Shown: one piece after another, positions 49,178-58,862 of the stretch
Layout of the letters: every line of letters starts with the position of its first letter
How positions within the stretch are numbered: position 1 is the stretch's first letter
Assembly: GCA_963735805.1 (NCBI GenBank)
Contig: CAVTMK010000002.1
Span: 1,653,875 to 1,717,874, forward strand
From: an uncultured Verrucomicrobiae bacterium
Lineage (GTDB): Bacteria; Verrucomicrobiota; Verrucomicrobiia; Chthoniobacterales; UBA10450
Direction of reading: 5' to 3'
Length of the DNA: 64,000 bases
The notes under the pieces: generated by a model
What the model saw: only the letters and a program-made list of their open reading frames with translations
What the model was told of the DNA's origin: nothing
Database searches by the model: none
Made by a program: the position numbers and the translations under genes

Positions 49178-50847
49178 TTATGGCGGAGTTGGGCGAGAAT
49201 GCGGGTCTGGGCGGGATCTAGGTGTGGGAATAGGCCTCGGAGTAGCGCTTGGCGTGGGAGTAGTTGTTGGTGTCGGTGTAGGAGAAGGAATGGGAGTTGG
49301 GGTAGGGCTTGGCGTTGGTGTAGGGGGCCTCGTCGATTGCTGAATAAACATGATTTGTATCGTACAAGACTTGCCCATTGATACCCGGCGGAAAGGCTAT
49401 GGAAATATCTGAGAATGTCGTGTTATTCAGTCCACCGTTCGCCTGCAGTAGCGTATATTGTGCGCCAACGGTATAAGGACCACCGGTGACTAGCACGTGC
49501 ACCACCGCTTAATGTAAGGTCACCGTCAATTGAGAGGGTTTCCTCAGGCGCGAGTGTACCCTCGATTGTGATCCCGTTGACTGCTTGGATTGTTCCGTTG
49601 CCACCTATAGTGCCTGGGCTCCAAACGGTGACACTGTCCGCAACGAGGGTTCCGCCATCGGCAATATGCACCACACCAATACCTGCTGCTCCAGTATCAC
49701 TGCCACCAACATAGAGGTTGCCGGTGTTGGTCCACATCGAACCCGCTCCGTCAATCTCGACAGTTCCATTTGCGGAAGAATCAAAACCAAGAAATCCGTT
49801 GGCGTTCGTAACCTGCGCGCCGTCGGAAATTGTGACCGTTCCAATCCCATCGAAAATATTTCCTACAGTAAGATCGCCGTCATTTGTCCAGGTTGAACCC
49901 GTTCCCGCCACTGTCGCGGTACCAGTTCCGCTAAATGACCCCATGATGCAGCTGCCGTTCGAAACGGTGCCGCTAAGTTCGAGAAAACTGTTGTTTGTCC
50001 AACTCGAACCAGCGTCGCCCACGTTCACAACTCCACTGCTGCCTGAACCTCCACCGACTGTGCTGCCAAAACTTGAGACGTGGCCGCCGTTAGAAATTGT
50101 GAGCGTACCTGATCCACCATTCCCGATATTGATCTGAACGTCGTCAACCCAAGTAGAACCCATCCCATCGACAGTCACAGCTCCCGTACCAATGTCCCCG
50201 ATCGTTGTAGTGTTCGATTGGGAAAGCTGGCCACCATTTGTAATGTTGAGTGTGCCATTGCCCTCGAAACCGATGGTGCAAACAGCGAGATTCGTCCACA
50301 TCGAGCCGGAACCAGACACCGTCGCGGTTCCATTTGACCCTGAATTTTCGCCTATAATAAAACGTGTGCTCGAAATAACGCCACCCTTTGTGATGCTAAG
50401 CGTGCCCGTCCCGCTTCTCCCAACATAAACAGAGCCCTCGTCTTGGAGACTGCCAGCGCCGGATGCGGACAATGTTCCCACGTCTTGATCTCCGACTCCC
50501 AGCTCCAGTTCGCTTGCTGCCGCTCCGCCTGACGTAATTTGCGCGGTGCCCCCGTTGTTGATCAGCGCGATAACGTTCGAGTTAGGAACGCCGCCGGACC
50601 AATTTGCGGGGTTGAACCAGTCACCTGTTCCATCTACCCAAACGGTTTGGCCTACGGGTAACTCAACGTAATTTTGCGAGAATACTATCGGAGCTAAACC
50701 TGCGTCTCGATAAAGGCTTGCTTTGCCCACGGACGCTCGTTTTCGGTCTGTAGCATTCGCGAACGTCGGCCCGCAGATTACAAGAAGGACAGCTACAAAG
50801 ACTCCGCGGCGAAAGAAGAGGAGAGATCGATATGACGATTTTCTCAT
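49178..50847 (-). CDS. Autotransporter-passenger-like repeat (T5SS/PEP-CTERM-associated type) surface protein; frameshifted near 49500 and 49340
   Basis: GDW...NWS.GVP; repeated V.G.GS.WTN...G.G.L.I..GG; C-terminal PTP...PRSRPDPHSRPTPP in another frame; no beta-barrel. Confidence 0.75.
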
Positions 50848-50981
50848 AAGGTCAGCATAGAAAACGAGGGCTGAGCTTTTAGCGCGGCGTTTGTCTTGTG
50901 ACAAGCTATTTTTCTAGCTGTCTAACCGTATAAAACTGTTTACAAGTCCCCGCCCAACTCGCCAGCCAAATAGCCCGTTCA

Positions 50982-51022
50982 TTTTTGGCCTCTACAGAGC
51001 GGTGGCAACGTGATATGAACAC
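50982..51022 (+). repeat. EEP promoter stub E (promoter only)
   Basis: tttttggcctctacagagcggtggcaacgTGATATGAAC. Confidence 0.65.
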
Positions 51023-51092
51023 CTATCGATACGTCAGCCAGTCGGAATGAACCAACACCTAAACCGTCCGGCAAGGATCGTCCTTAAATTCT

Positions 51093-51347
51093 ATGCGCGT
51101 TTACGAAGTGCGCCCGCGCAAAGATAAACACGGCGTTGATCTGATCTGTGATGCGCTGCCGTTCGGTGGGCTATGGTATTTAAAAGTAGCCGATGCAATC
51201 GACTACGCGAAATATCAAAGCCGCTCACATGATGCTGTGATCAACGTTTACGATTCGGCTGGCAAACTAATCCAATTACACAAACACAAAGGCGATCTCC
51301 AAGGAATGGTGAAGTCGCGTTTTTTGGCGATGACTGGCGGAGATTGA
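51093..51347 (+). CDS. Small DUF2188-like protein
   Basis: YEVRPRKD..GVDLI.DALPFG.LWY...AIDYAK..SRSHDAVI.VYD..G. Confidence 0.65.
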   Translation: MRVYEVRPRKDKHGVDLICDALPFGGLWYLKVADAIDYAKYQSRSHDAVINVYDSAGKLIQLHKHKGDLQGMVKSRFLAMTGGD

Positions 51348-51381
51348 AGGATGCATTGCGAGGCCAACGCCGCTGAAGCTC

Positions 51382-53214
51382 CTAACCGTGAACCATGCTA
51401 TGCGAACGCTTGTGTATCCGTTGCGCAATGAAGCCGAGGAAACCGCAGGCCAGCAGCGTCAGCAAAGGTGGAACTATCGGAACAAAAATCCCCAGAAAAT
51501 TGTAAAGCAGAAATGCTAACAAGAGATAGGCGACGGTGAGCCCGAGAAATGACAGCAGACAAATCAACCATCGCCCGACGTAACCCAGTAGCAGCCAGGC
51601 AAGCAATCCGAACATTGAAACAATCAGCAAATCCAGCGCTACTGGCAGCCTTTGCAAGAACTCGTGATTCATCGTCGCCGCGAGAACGTTCAAATGCATA
51701 ACAGGGCCTTTTATCTCACGACTGATGGGATTATCGATAGCGATAACATCGCCCAGCTTTGTTGCAGACGGACCGACGATGACAATCTTACCTTCGAAAA
51801 ACTCGCCATCGGAATATTTGGAATGCCACATATCCGGATCGGCAATTTCCCAAACGGGATACGGCTGATAAGCATCCGTGGCGCTAAATCGGATCAAGTG
51901 ATCTTGTGAATCGTGCGGTACCTCATTAGACCTCCCGAGCTTCTCCATCGCCCTAGCCACCAACGAAGCGCACAAGCGGTCACTCGGAGAAGGTTTTTGC
52001 CCGGCGAGCTGCCGCTCCGAGGTAAAGAATCGTGCTGCACGCAACATACCGTCCTGCTTATCAACCCAATAATTCGCGTAGCCAACCCGATCATCGTATT
52101 GGGCAGGCGACGGAATGAGATCGGCATTTGGCAAGACAAGCTCGTTGCCCTTTTCGAGGTCGAAATTTGAGCCAATGACGACGCGATCTCGATAACGATC
52201 GAGCGCCGCGCGGAAAATCTGATCCCCCTCGTTTCCCGGCGAATTGAAAACCAGGTCGAGGATCACAAGCCGTGCCCCTGACTCGAACAAGCGATCGAGT
52301 AATCGCGCCCAAACTTCACGCGACCATGGAAACGGGTGTTGAGCCATTAATTGAAGCATCCGATCCTTCCCCGCCTTTGCGCTTTCTGGCCCAGCGAGGC
52401 TCTTCGTCGAAATCGCGACAAAAACTAACTCTGGGTGCGTTGAAGTCCTCCGGCCTGTGCGATGAAGCCAATCTTCCAAGGCTTGTTCATGCCCCCAAAC
52501 CTGAGAGAGCACAGGAACAGGCGGAACGAAACGCAAACTCATCACCAGGACCGTGCAGCAAACGCAGATCGTCGTAAGAAGTCTCTGCGAACGTAGAGGC
52601 ATCCTCACTTTCTCTGTCGGCCTCCGGCCGACCGCCCGCCTCAGGCTTTGTGGTACCTCAGGATTACCGATTTCTTCCGTGTAGAGGTTTACGACGTGCA
52701 CGCGCACATCATGCTTCACTTCGCATTCCCCCAAGTCGTGCAAATGGAAACGCCACTGGCGATACTGTTCCAGGTCGTCAGCCACGTGCTTGGACAGAAG
52801 AATGTGCCCGGCGTCCCCGCAATCCATCACTCGCTGCGCCAGATTGATTCCCGCGCCTGCTACATTGGAGCGATCGTTCACATCGGTAATACCGCTCACT
52901 GGTCCGCTGTGGATTCCCATACGCACCCGCAGCTCCGGGTGGCTCCGCAGTGCCTTGCTCAATTGCAACGCACAGGAAACCGGTGCGTCCGGCGTGGTCG
53001 CAAAAACCAGCGCCATTCCATCGCCAGTAGGCAATCGCGTCAGTTTACCAGCGGCCTCAGCTGCACGGAACGAATCGGTTTCCCGAACAACCTCGTTGAG
53101 CGTATGCAAATAATCGCGTTGCTCGTCGATTAGCAGCTTGGAGTAACCGACAATGTCGATGAACAAAACATGGGCGATTTCGAGCGCGATCTCCTTATTG
53201 ATCTCGGCGGACAT
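51382..53214 (-). CDS. Class III cyclase-like domain + TM + CHASE2 sensor + 3 TM
   Basis: N-terminus paralogous to 38530; FPWSR..WA.LLD.L...GAR....D..F, DG..R, GKIVIVG, G...H CHASE2 motifs. Confidence 0.88.
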   Translation of the reverse strand: MSAEINKEIALEIAHVLFIDIVGYSKLLIDEQRDYLHTLNEVVRETDSFRAAEAAGKLTRLPTGDGMALVFATTPDAPVSCALQLSKALRSHPELRVRMGIHSGPVSGITDVNDRSNVAGAGINLAQRVMDCGDAGHILLSKHVADDLEQYRQWRFHLHDLGECEVKHDVRVHVVNLYTEEIGNPEVPQSLRRAVGRRPTEKVRMPLRSQRLLTTICVCCTVLVMSLRFVPPVPVLSQVWGHEQALEDWLHRTGRRTSTHPELVFVAISTKSLAGPESAKAGKDRMLQLMAQHPFPWSREVWARLLDRLFESGARLVILDLVFNSPGNEGDQIFRAALDRYRDRVVIGSNFDLEKGNELVLPNADLIPSPAQYDDRVGYANYWVDKQDGMLRAARFFTSERQLAGQKPSPSDRLCASLVARAMEKLGRSNEVPHDSQDHLIRFSATDAYQPYPVWEIADPDMWHSKYSDGEFFEGKIVIVGPSATKLGDVIAIDNPISREIKGPVMHLNVLAATMNHEFLQRLPVALDLLIVSMFGLLAWLLLGYVGRWLICLLSFLGLTVAYLLLAFLLYNFLGIFVPIVPPLLTLLACGFLGFIAQRIHKRSHSMVHG

Positions 53215-53255
53215 CTTGTCGGGTGATTATTACGTCACGCGATGGAATTCTGCCT

Positions 53256-53431
53256 CTTTTGCTCTCCACACAGCAATGACAAAGTGATATGAACGACTGC
53301 AATCAAGCGGGTTTTATCGCTCTATTGGCGTTGGTTGTCGCTGGCTCGGCTCTCGGTCAATCGCCAGAGTCAGTCAAGATTCGGATCACGACTTGGAACC
53401 TGGAATGGTCTCAAACAGATCACCTCACGAA
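53256..53431 (+). repeat. EEP promoter/5' stub F
   Basis: TGATATGAAC at 53285; start mutated to ATC; LALVVAGSALGQSPESVKIRITTWNLEW. Confidence 0.85.
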
Positions 53432-53498
53432 TCGTTAACAGCAGCAATGAAGACGCGCCAGTTAAAGGAAACAACTGGCGCTCCCCAGTGAATTTCAG

Positions 53499-54665
53499 TT
53501 ACCTGGTCGCGAGTTGATGCGAGGTTGGCTTATTCACTTCTAGTCTGCTGCTCACTTTCTGCAGGCCGGCCGCAAGCGCTTCGATTTGCTTTTGCTGGCG
53601 TGCAATGATCGCATCTTGTTCTTGAGCGTGGCGGTGCTCTTTCAGGAACTCGTTTAGCAACATCGCATTCACTGCGTCGTACCGGACGGTGTAAATCTCG
53701 CCCTTGTTGTCGCGCACAACCAGATCGGGGTTCACCTTAGCCACTTCCTCGGCAACCAGGCCAAATTGCGGGGTGGCGCTCTTATCGCTCTTGTACTGGA
53801 AAGTAACTGGCTTGAGTGCAAGGACGGACTCGCTGACTTTGTCCATCGACTTAATCTCTTTTTTGAACCGAGCAGAAGAGCTCATCGTCCCCAATTGGCC
53901 GAGGGTGTCGATCACCACGGGTATGGCGGTACCCTGCGTTGTAACCCCAAAGATGTTGCTGATAAAGCAGCTGTTATCGACGTTTGCTCCATCCGAGCCG
54001 ATACAGATAACGTTATTCGCCGTAGTAACAGCACCACCAGCTCCGAAACCCAAAGCGGAGTTGCCGGTGCCGGTGGTATTGGAAAAGAGCGCATTGATCC
54101 CGATCGCGGTGTTTTCGTCGCCGGTAGTGTTGCCAGCGAGAGCTTGATAACCATTGGCCGTGTTGAAGCTGCCCGTACTGTTGCTTAAAAGCGCATTAGC
54201 ACCATTGGCGGTATTTTGGTTGCCGGTAGTGTTATTAAAGAGAGCAAACGCTCCACTGGCGGTATTGATGCCACCTTCGGTATTGTTAAAGAGAGCGAAC
54301 GCTCCATTGCCCGTGTCGCCAGCACCGATAGTGTTGCTTAAGAGTACGCCGGCGCCGGTGGCCGTATTTTGGGATCCCTCTCCGGTGGCAGGATCCCCAT
54401 CGTTAGCTAAGAGTGTTCCCGCGCCAAGGGCGGTGTTAAAATTACCTCTGGTGACGGTGTTGAGCGATAAGAAACCGACTGCCGTGTTGTATGTGCCGGT
54501 CGTAAGGCTTAGAAGCGCGTTTTGCCCCTCAGCAGTGTTGCCACCGGGATAGCCGCCGTCGGGTGGTGGACTGACGGCTTTCGCTGGTACAAGCAACGAG
54601 CAGGCAAACAGTGGAATTAGGAGTGATCGCTTAAGCAGATCGGTAGATAGAGTGGTCGTTTTCAT
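53499..54665 (-). CDS. Secreted beta-helix repeat protein with a peptidase S74 domain, paralog 2
   Basis: Same architecture as 47429-48958 with fewer repeats. Confidence 0.88.
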   Translation of the reverse strand: MKTTTLSTDLLKRSLLIPLFACSLLVPAKAVSPPPDGGYPGGNTAEGQNALLSLTTGTYNTAVGFLSLNTVTRGNFNTALGAGTLLANDGDPATGEGSQNTATGAGVLLSNTIGAGDTGNGAFALFNNTEGGINTASGAFALFNNTTGNQNTANGANALLSNSTGSFNTANGYQALAGNTTGDENTAIGINALFSNTTGTGNSALGFGAGGAVTTANNVICIGSDGANVDNSCFISNIFGVTTQGTAIPVVIDTLGQLGTMSSSARFKKEIKSMDKVSESVLALKPVTFQYKSDKSATPQFGLVAEEVAKVNPDLVVRDNKGEIYTVRYDAVNAMLLNEFLKEHRHAQEQDAIIARQQKQIEALAAGLQKVSSRLEVNKPTSHQLATR

Positions 54666-54763
54666 GCACCGATCTTGGAAAATCCGGCGCGATTTTGCGA
54701 GCGCAAAAGCGCGTTCGTTTTGGTTTTCCCACGCGAACGGCAACGTGATATAAACCAGCGCAA

Positions 54764-55630
54764 ATGAAACGCGCTTTAATAGCTGTATTGGCCTTCTTTG
54801 TCGTCGGCTCGGCGCTGGGCCAATCGCGGGAACCGACCAAGATTCGGATCACAACTTGGAATCTGGAATGGTTCCCAAACGGATCACCTCGCGAAGCACC
54901 GCCAGAAAAACAGGCGCAACGGATCGAAGCAGCGGCAGATGTTCTCAGGAAATTGGATCCCGATATTCTACTGCTTCAAGAGATGCGCGATTACGACGCT
55001 TGCGCCCGACTAGGCGAGGCAATTCACCCTGGCACATATCAGGTCGCTATTTGTTCTGCATTTAAAGGAGCCAAACAACAAGAGGCGATCATTGCGAAGG
55101 TTCCGGCGCAGGCTGCGTGGTCGGACCCTTGGAAATCAATGGAAGGAATCGATCCGCCCCGAGGATTCGCTTTTGCGTGGTTCAAAATTGGCAATGCGGA
55201 CATTGGCGTCTACTCGCTGCACTTGAAAAGCAATCTCATCACTCATGGCGATATGGAAATTGGAACGGCACAGAATATCCGAAAACGGGAAGTCTCAATC
55301 CAGCAATTACTAGTCCACATCCACGACGTCATTGAAACGGTAATTCCATCAATCAAAGGCTTGATCATTGGCGGCGATTTTAACACAAATCACGATCAAG
55401 GGATGTTTGCGGCAGAGAAGACACTGGACACTTTGACCAGCGCTGCATACCAAAACGTGTTTGAGGGAATTCCGTTCGAGCAACGAATCACGCACCCAGG
55501 TAGTCACGGCTTCCCGGACGCAACCTTTGATTATTTGTTCGGTAGGAATGTGCGGATTAAAAATCCCCTGATCACACGGACGAATGTCTCCGACCATCTG
55601 CCCGTAACTTGTGACGTCATCATTCAGTGA
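54764..55630 (+). CDS. Secreted endonuclease/exonuclease/phosphatase (EEP) family protein
   Basis: Signal peptide; TWNLEW, LQE, HLKS, GGDFN, FDY, SDH.PV; extended -10-like TGATATAAA at 54746. Confidence 0.9.
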   Translation: MKRALIAVLAFFVVGSALGQSREPTKIRITTWNLEWFPNGSPREAPPEKQAQRIEAAADVLRKLDPDILLLQEMRDYDACARLGEAIHPGTYQVAICSAFKGAKQQEAIIAKVPAQAAWSDPWKSMEGIDPPRGFAFAWFKIGNADIGVYSLHLKSNLITHGDMEIGTAQNIRKREVSIQQLLVHIHDVIETVIPSIKGLIIGGDFNTNHDQGMFAAEKTLDTLTSAAYQNVFEGIPFEQRITHPGSHGFPDATFDYLFGRNVRIKNPLITRTNVSDHLPVTCDVIIQ

Positions 55631-55881
55631 AGTACTGGGAAATCATCGCTGACAATCTCAGCAAAGCCGGTTGGAGTTGGGGCTGCGTCGCAGCCGTGGA
55701 CTCCAACGGGAAAACAAGCTGGATTGTCGATGCACACCGCGATAACGGGAAGAGGTTTGTAGCTCGTAGCGAAGAGAAGCTGACAGCATTTCTGAAACTT
55801 GAGCGAGTCATTTGCGAATCATCGCCTTTCCCCGATGCGAGAGAACTAACGGTGACCGTTTGGCGGAACCATTTCAAATGA
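55627..55881 (+). CDS. Small hypothetical protein 'MKYWEIIADNL...DAHRDNGKRF', translationally coupled to EEP
   Basis: GTGA overlap with the EEP stop; three further fragments in the window. Confidence 0.65.
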   Translation: MKYWEIIADNLSKAGWSWGCVAAVDSNGKTSWIVDAHRDNGKRFVARSEEKLTAFLKLERVICESSPFPDARELTVTVWRNHFK

Positions 55882-56609
55882 CAAATCATCCTGAAGAAGA
55901 ATCTCTAAAAGTAGTTGAAGATTTTGTCGATGAACTCAAGAACGCGCTAGATTCGTTGGGCGACAAAATGCCCGACCCGAATACCCTTCTCAGTCGATAC
56001 CGGTTCTGGTCGTCTAAGCATTTGCAGCGTGCTCTCGCCGGATTCGCTTTTCTCCGTCGATCAGGATATACAGACTCCTCAAAATTTCTCGTCCGTCCCG
56101 CAATCGAGATGGTAATCCGATTGGAAGCTGTTACCAAACATCCCGATTTGTTCTACCGCATCGCTTTTTCCGAGCATCGCCGAGATGAACAATTTCTGCG
56201 AGAAGTCGATAAACGATCAAACAGCAACGCGCGGAGTACGGAGAACTGGAGAACATTTGAGGCAAACTGGGAAATCTTCAGAGATGCCTTCACGAAAGAG
56301 TTTCCAAACACTCCCAAAGTTGACCAAGAATTAACTGTCGCCTTTGCAGCTTACAAAGCGGGCATGCAAAGCTTGTATGCCGGTTACTATCGAACTTACT
56401 CTCAGTATACCCATGGCGCATTGCGTGCCAGTATTGGTTATCTTGATGAAGTAACTGATCTTTCAGATAATCCCATCATGGCTAGCTGTGCGGGCACCGC
56501 TTTAGACACTTTAGTTTCGTTGGGCGCAGCGTCACCCAACCGTGAAGATTTGATTAGGCGCGTTAGAGAACGATGGGGCATTGTCAATCCCAAATTGACG
56601 GGCGATTGA
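55878..56609 (+). CDS. DUF5677-like (HEPN-like helical) protein, lower GC
   Basis: L.R...E motif; Y...YR..S.Y.HG motif; ATGA overlap with the upstream ORF. Confidence 0.65.
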   Translation: MTNHPEEESLKVVEDFVDELKNALDSLGDKMPDPNTLLSRYRFWSSKHLQRALAGFAFLRRSGYTDSSKFLVRPAIEMVIRLEAVTKHPDLFYRIAFSEHRRDEQFLREVDKRSNSNARSTENWRTFEANWEIFRDAFTKEFPNTPKVDQELTVAFAAYKAGMQSLYAGYYRTYSQYTHGALRASIGYLDEVTDLSDNPIMASCAGTALDTLVSLGAASPNREDLIRRVRERWGIVNPKLTGD

Positions 56610-56744
56610 GATAAGAATGGCAGAACGGTCATTAGAATTAGTTAGGGTAGGAAAAGCCCGTAAATGGCCAGCCAGATCTGCTGTAAGTCGAATCCACGAA
56701 GAGCCGGAACAGGAACAAGGAAATGGAGTTCGATTTTGCGACGG

Positions 56745-57002
56745 GTTTTGAGAGGACCGCGGTCGGCGCCCGCGGCTACAGCAGCGCGTAAACTGGATTG
56801 CAAATGTGGATCGCGACGACGGAAAGCGTTTCGTTGTGCACGCCAATGAAATGCTGACTGCGTTTCTGGAACTTGAAGGAGTGACCCGAGAATCATCACG
56901 CCTCCCAAATGCGGGATAAGTCGGCCTCATTCCTTTGTGACTCTCCTGCTATTGAATGGGCTTTTAGAGAAGAACGGCGAATAATTCAAAGGTAGAGCAT
57001 CT
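56745..57002 (+). repeat. Direct repeat block a, copy 1 (copy 2 at 62971-63225)
   Basis: Colinear similarity, includes a DAHRD-ORF fragment. Confidence 0.85.
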
Positions 57003-57313
57003 CGGTTACACCGAGTTCGGGTTCTCTGGGAACACCCCCGTTTCATAGGTAAAACCGCTTCTCACGTTATCCTGAAAATACCTAATGTTAACACCTCGGC
57101 TTACAATTTCGTTTAACAACGAATTGCTCTTAGAAAAACCATTATTCAGCGGGAAATGACTTTGGGTGAAGTGATTTCCTAGAAGAATTTCTCAGCCCTC
57201 TGCGCCCGAGAGCCGTCCAGGTAACAGAAGGACCCGACACGGCGACTCAAAGCTTGCGACTGGCTGAAGAATGCGCTTGCATCCTCCAGCCTTTTTCGGG
57301 GACACTTCCCTCT

Positions 57314-57715
57314 ATGGTGGCAGTTGCGACCATCTTGCTCCGTATTGCTCTTGCCCTAGCGTTCCTTTCGGCTGTGGCTGACCGTTTCGGATTGTGGGGC
57401 AAGCCTGGAAGTCCGGGCGTGAGTTGGGGCAACATGACGCAGTTCAATGCTTACGTAGCCAAGCTTAACTGGTTTTTGCCGACTGCTGTCATTCCGTTGA
57501 CTGGCTGGGCCGCGACGGCGGCCGAGCTCTTGCTAGGTTTGGGGTTGCTGATCGGCTGGCAATTGCGATGGGTCTCTTTGGCTAGTGCACTACTCTTATT
57601 ATTTTTCGGGCTTGCTATGCTTCTGGCGCTAGGTCCCAAATCACCACTTGATTATTCGGTTTTCACTGCCTCGTGTGCAGCTTTTTTGCTTTTTGCACTG
57701 CAAAAAGCGCAATGA
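57314..57715 (+). CDS. DoxX family membrane protein (orphan cassette)
   Basis: LRIAL...FLSAVADRFG.WG..G...V.WG; AT.AE..LG; K.PLDYSVF. Confidence 0.85.
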   Translation: MVAVATILLRIALALAFLSAVADRFGLWGKPGSPGVSWGNMTQFNAYVAKLNWFLPTAVIPLTGWAATAAELLLGLGLLIGWQLRWVSLASALLLLFFGLAMLLALGPKSPLDYSVFTASCAAFLLFALQKAQ

Positions 57716-57716
57716 C

Positions 57717-57881
57717 GTCTAACCAATCGATGAAGCCAGCGGCCAGGCTGTCGTCACCTTCCTCGCGCGCGCCTACATGTTAATGTTCGGCGCTCAGGTT
57801 AAAACCAACGGCCCCACTACGAAATACGTTCAGCGTGTTTGCCACGACACCCTGTCGGGGCTTATCTCTATCTCGTTTGGT
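57717..57881 (+). repeat. Orphan attC site with extra internal sequence
   Basis: GTCTAAC-caatcgATGAAGCC...GGCTTAT-ctctatctc-GTTTGGT; same family as attC 30479-30573. Confidence 0.75.
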
Positions 57882-58308
57882 AAAAACTATTGCCCATTCC
57901 CCTCGGGACCGACCGATCCTCCTCCATACAGTCCAGCCCCCATCGGAACGTTCCTTGATGTTGTCCCGCAGCCCGTCATGACGAAAGCCAAGATGAACAG
58001 CAAATAAATGCGCAGGTTTGGTTTCTTGCTCAGTTGTTTTCCTTCTAGGTGATCATCCCCAATCAGGCTACGTCCGGAATTCCTAATGCTTTTCGAATAA
58101 CGCTCGGACCGGCGTCTATCAATTCCTGATTGATTACAATCCACGCTTTTCCTTTTTCGATCAAGCTCGGCTTTTGAGCGATCGCGAGCTGGAAATCTTC
58201 TCTTTCATTGGCAGTGCGTCACCGTTTCGGAATTGGCGACTGAATTGAATGTAAGTGTCAAAACGATTGAGACACATCAGATGCGTATGAAAGAGAAACT
58301 CGGCGTGC
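57879..58308 (+). repeat. Direct repeat block b, copy 1 (copy 2 at 63319-63748)
   Basis: About 430 bp, highly similar; contains a lipoprotein-like remnant (minus strand) and a LuxR HTH remnant (plus strand). Confidence 0.9.
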
Positions 58309-58380
58309 ATACGGCCTCCGAATTACGACAAAAAGCCCGGGAATGGCTAGCCAGGTCAGCAGCAAATCGTATCCGACGAA
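58160..58380 (+). pseudogene. NarL/LuxR-type HTH remnant
   Basis: LSDRELEIFSFIG / VSELATELNVSVKTIETHQMRMKEKLGV, joined by a frameshift; no receiver domain or start codon. Confidence 0.75.
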
Positions 58381-58475
58381 GAAAAATCTGTAACCAATTC
58401 ATTAGTTGGGCGGTCACGACTGGCATTATGTTAATCAAATTCGATGCCCCGGCGGCATCAACGACAATCCTTCCT

Positions 58476-58619
58476 ATGACAAAGTCGATCATTCTTGTTT
58501 TAATGCTGACTGCAATCGCGATGATGCTGGTTTCTTGCGCGAGCGATTCCGACACCACGACGCCCGACGCCACTACGCAACAAGCAGCGCCAGCGCACGA
58601 TCACATCGGTGGGATGTAA
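58476..58619 (+). CDS. Very small lipoprotein (47 aa)
   Basis: MTKSIILVLMLTAIAMMLVSC lipobox; tail HDHIGGM. Confidence 0.55.
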   Translation: MTKSIILVLMLTAIAMMLVSCASDSDTTTPDATTQQAAPAHDHIGGM

Positions 58620-58862
58620 TCTCCAACCTCCCGTTGGGGGAAATTTCTAACCCACCTCTCAGTGGGTTGAGTTACCCGCCGCGTCCGCTTTACAGGACCG
58701 CGCTAGAATGCGAATTGATCGCCGAGCGACTCATTCCGGGCGGTACTTCATTAACGTATTTAGGCGCGATTAAGACGTGACAAGTGCAGCATCACGCCCG
58801 ACGACAAGCTGACTGCGTCCCTGAAACCCAAGGCGCGAGCCGGGCGCCTGCTGCTGCACAAC

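Noticed and set aside
49055..49381. 108-aa ORF with a signal peptide as a real gene
   Set aside because: It is EEP stub D running into the antisense of a Pro/Thr linker.
47429..54665. Prophage suggested by 'tail fibre' S74 proteins
   Set aside because: No capsid, terminase, portal, integrase or lysis genes; the proteins have signal-peptide-like leaders.
58233..58619. 128-aa LuxR-lipoprotein fusion ORF
   Set aside because: Chance in-frame join of an HTH remnant and a separate small lipoprotein starting at 58476.
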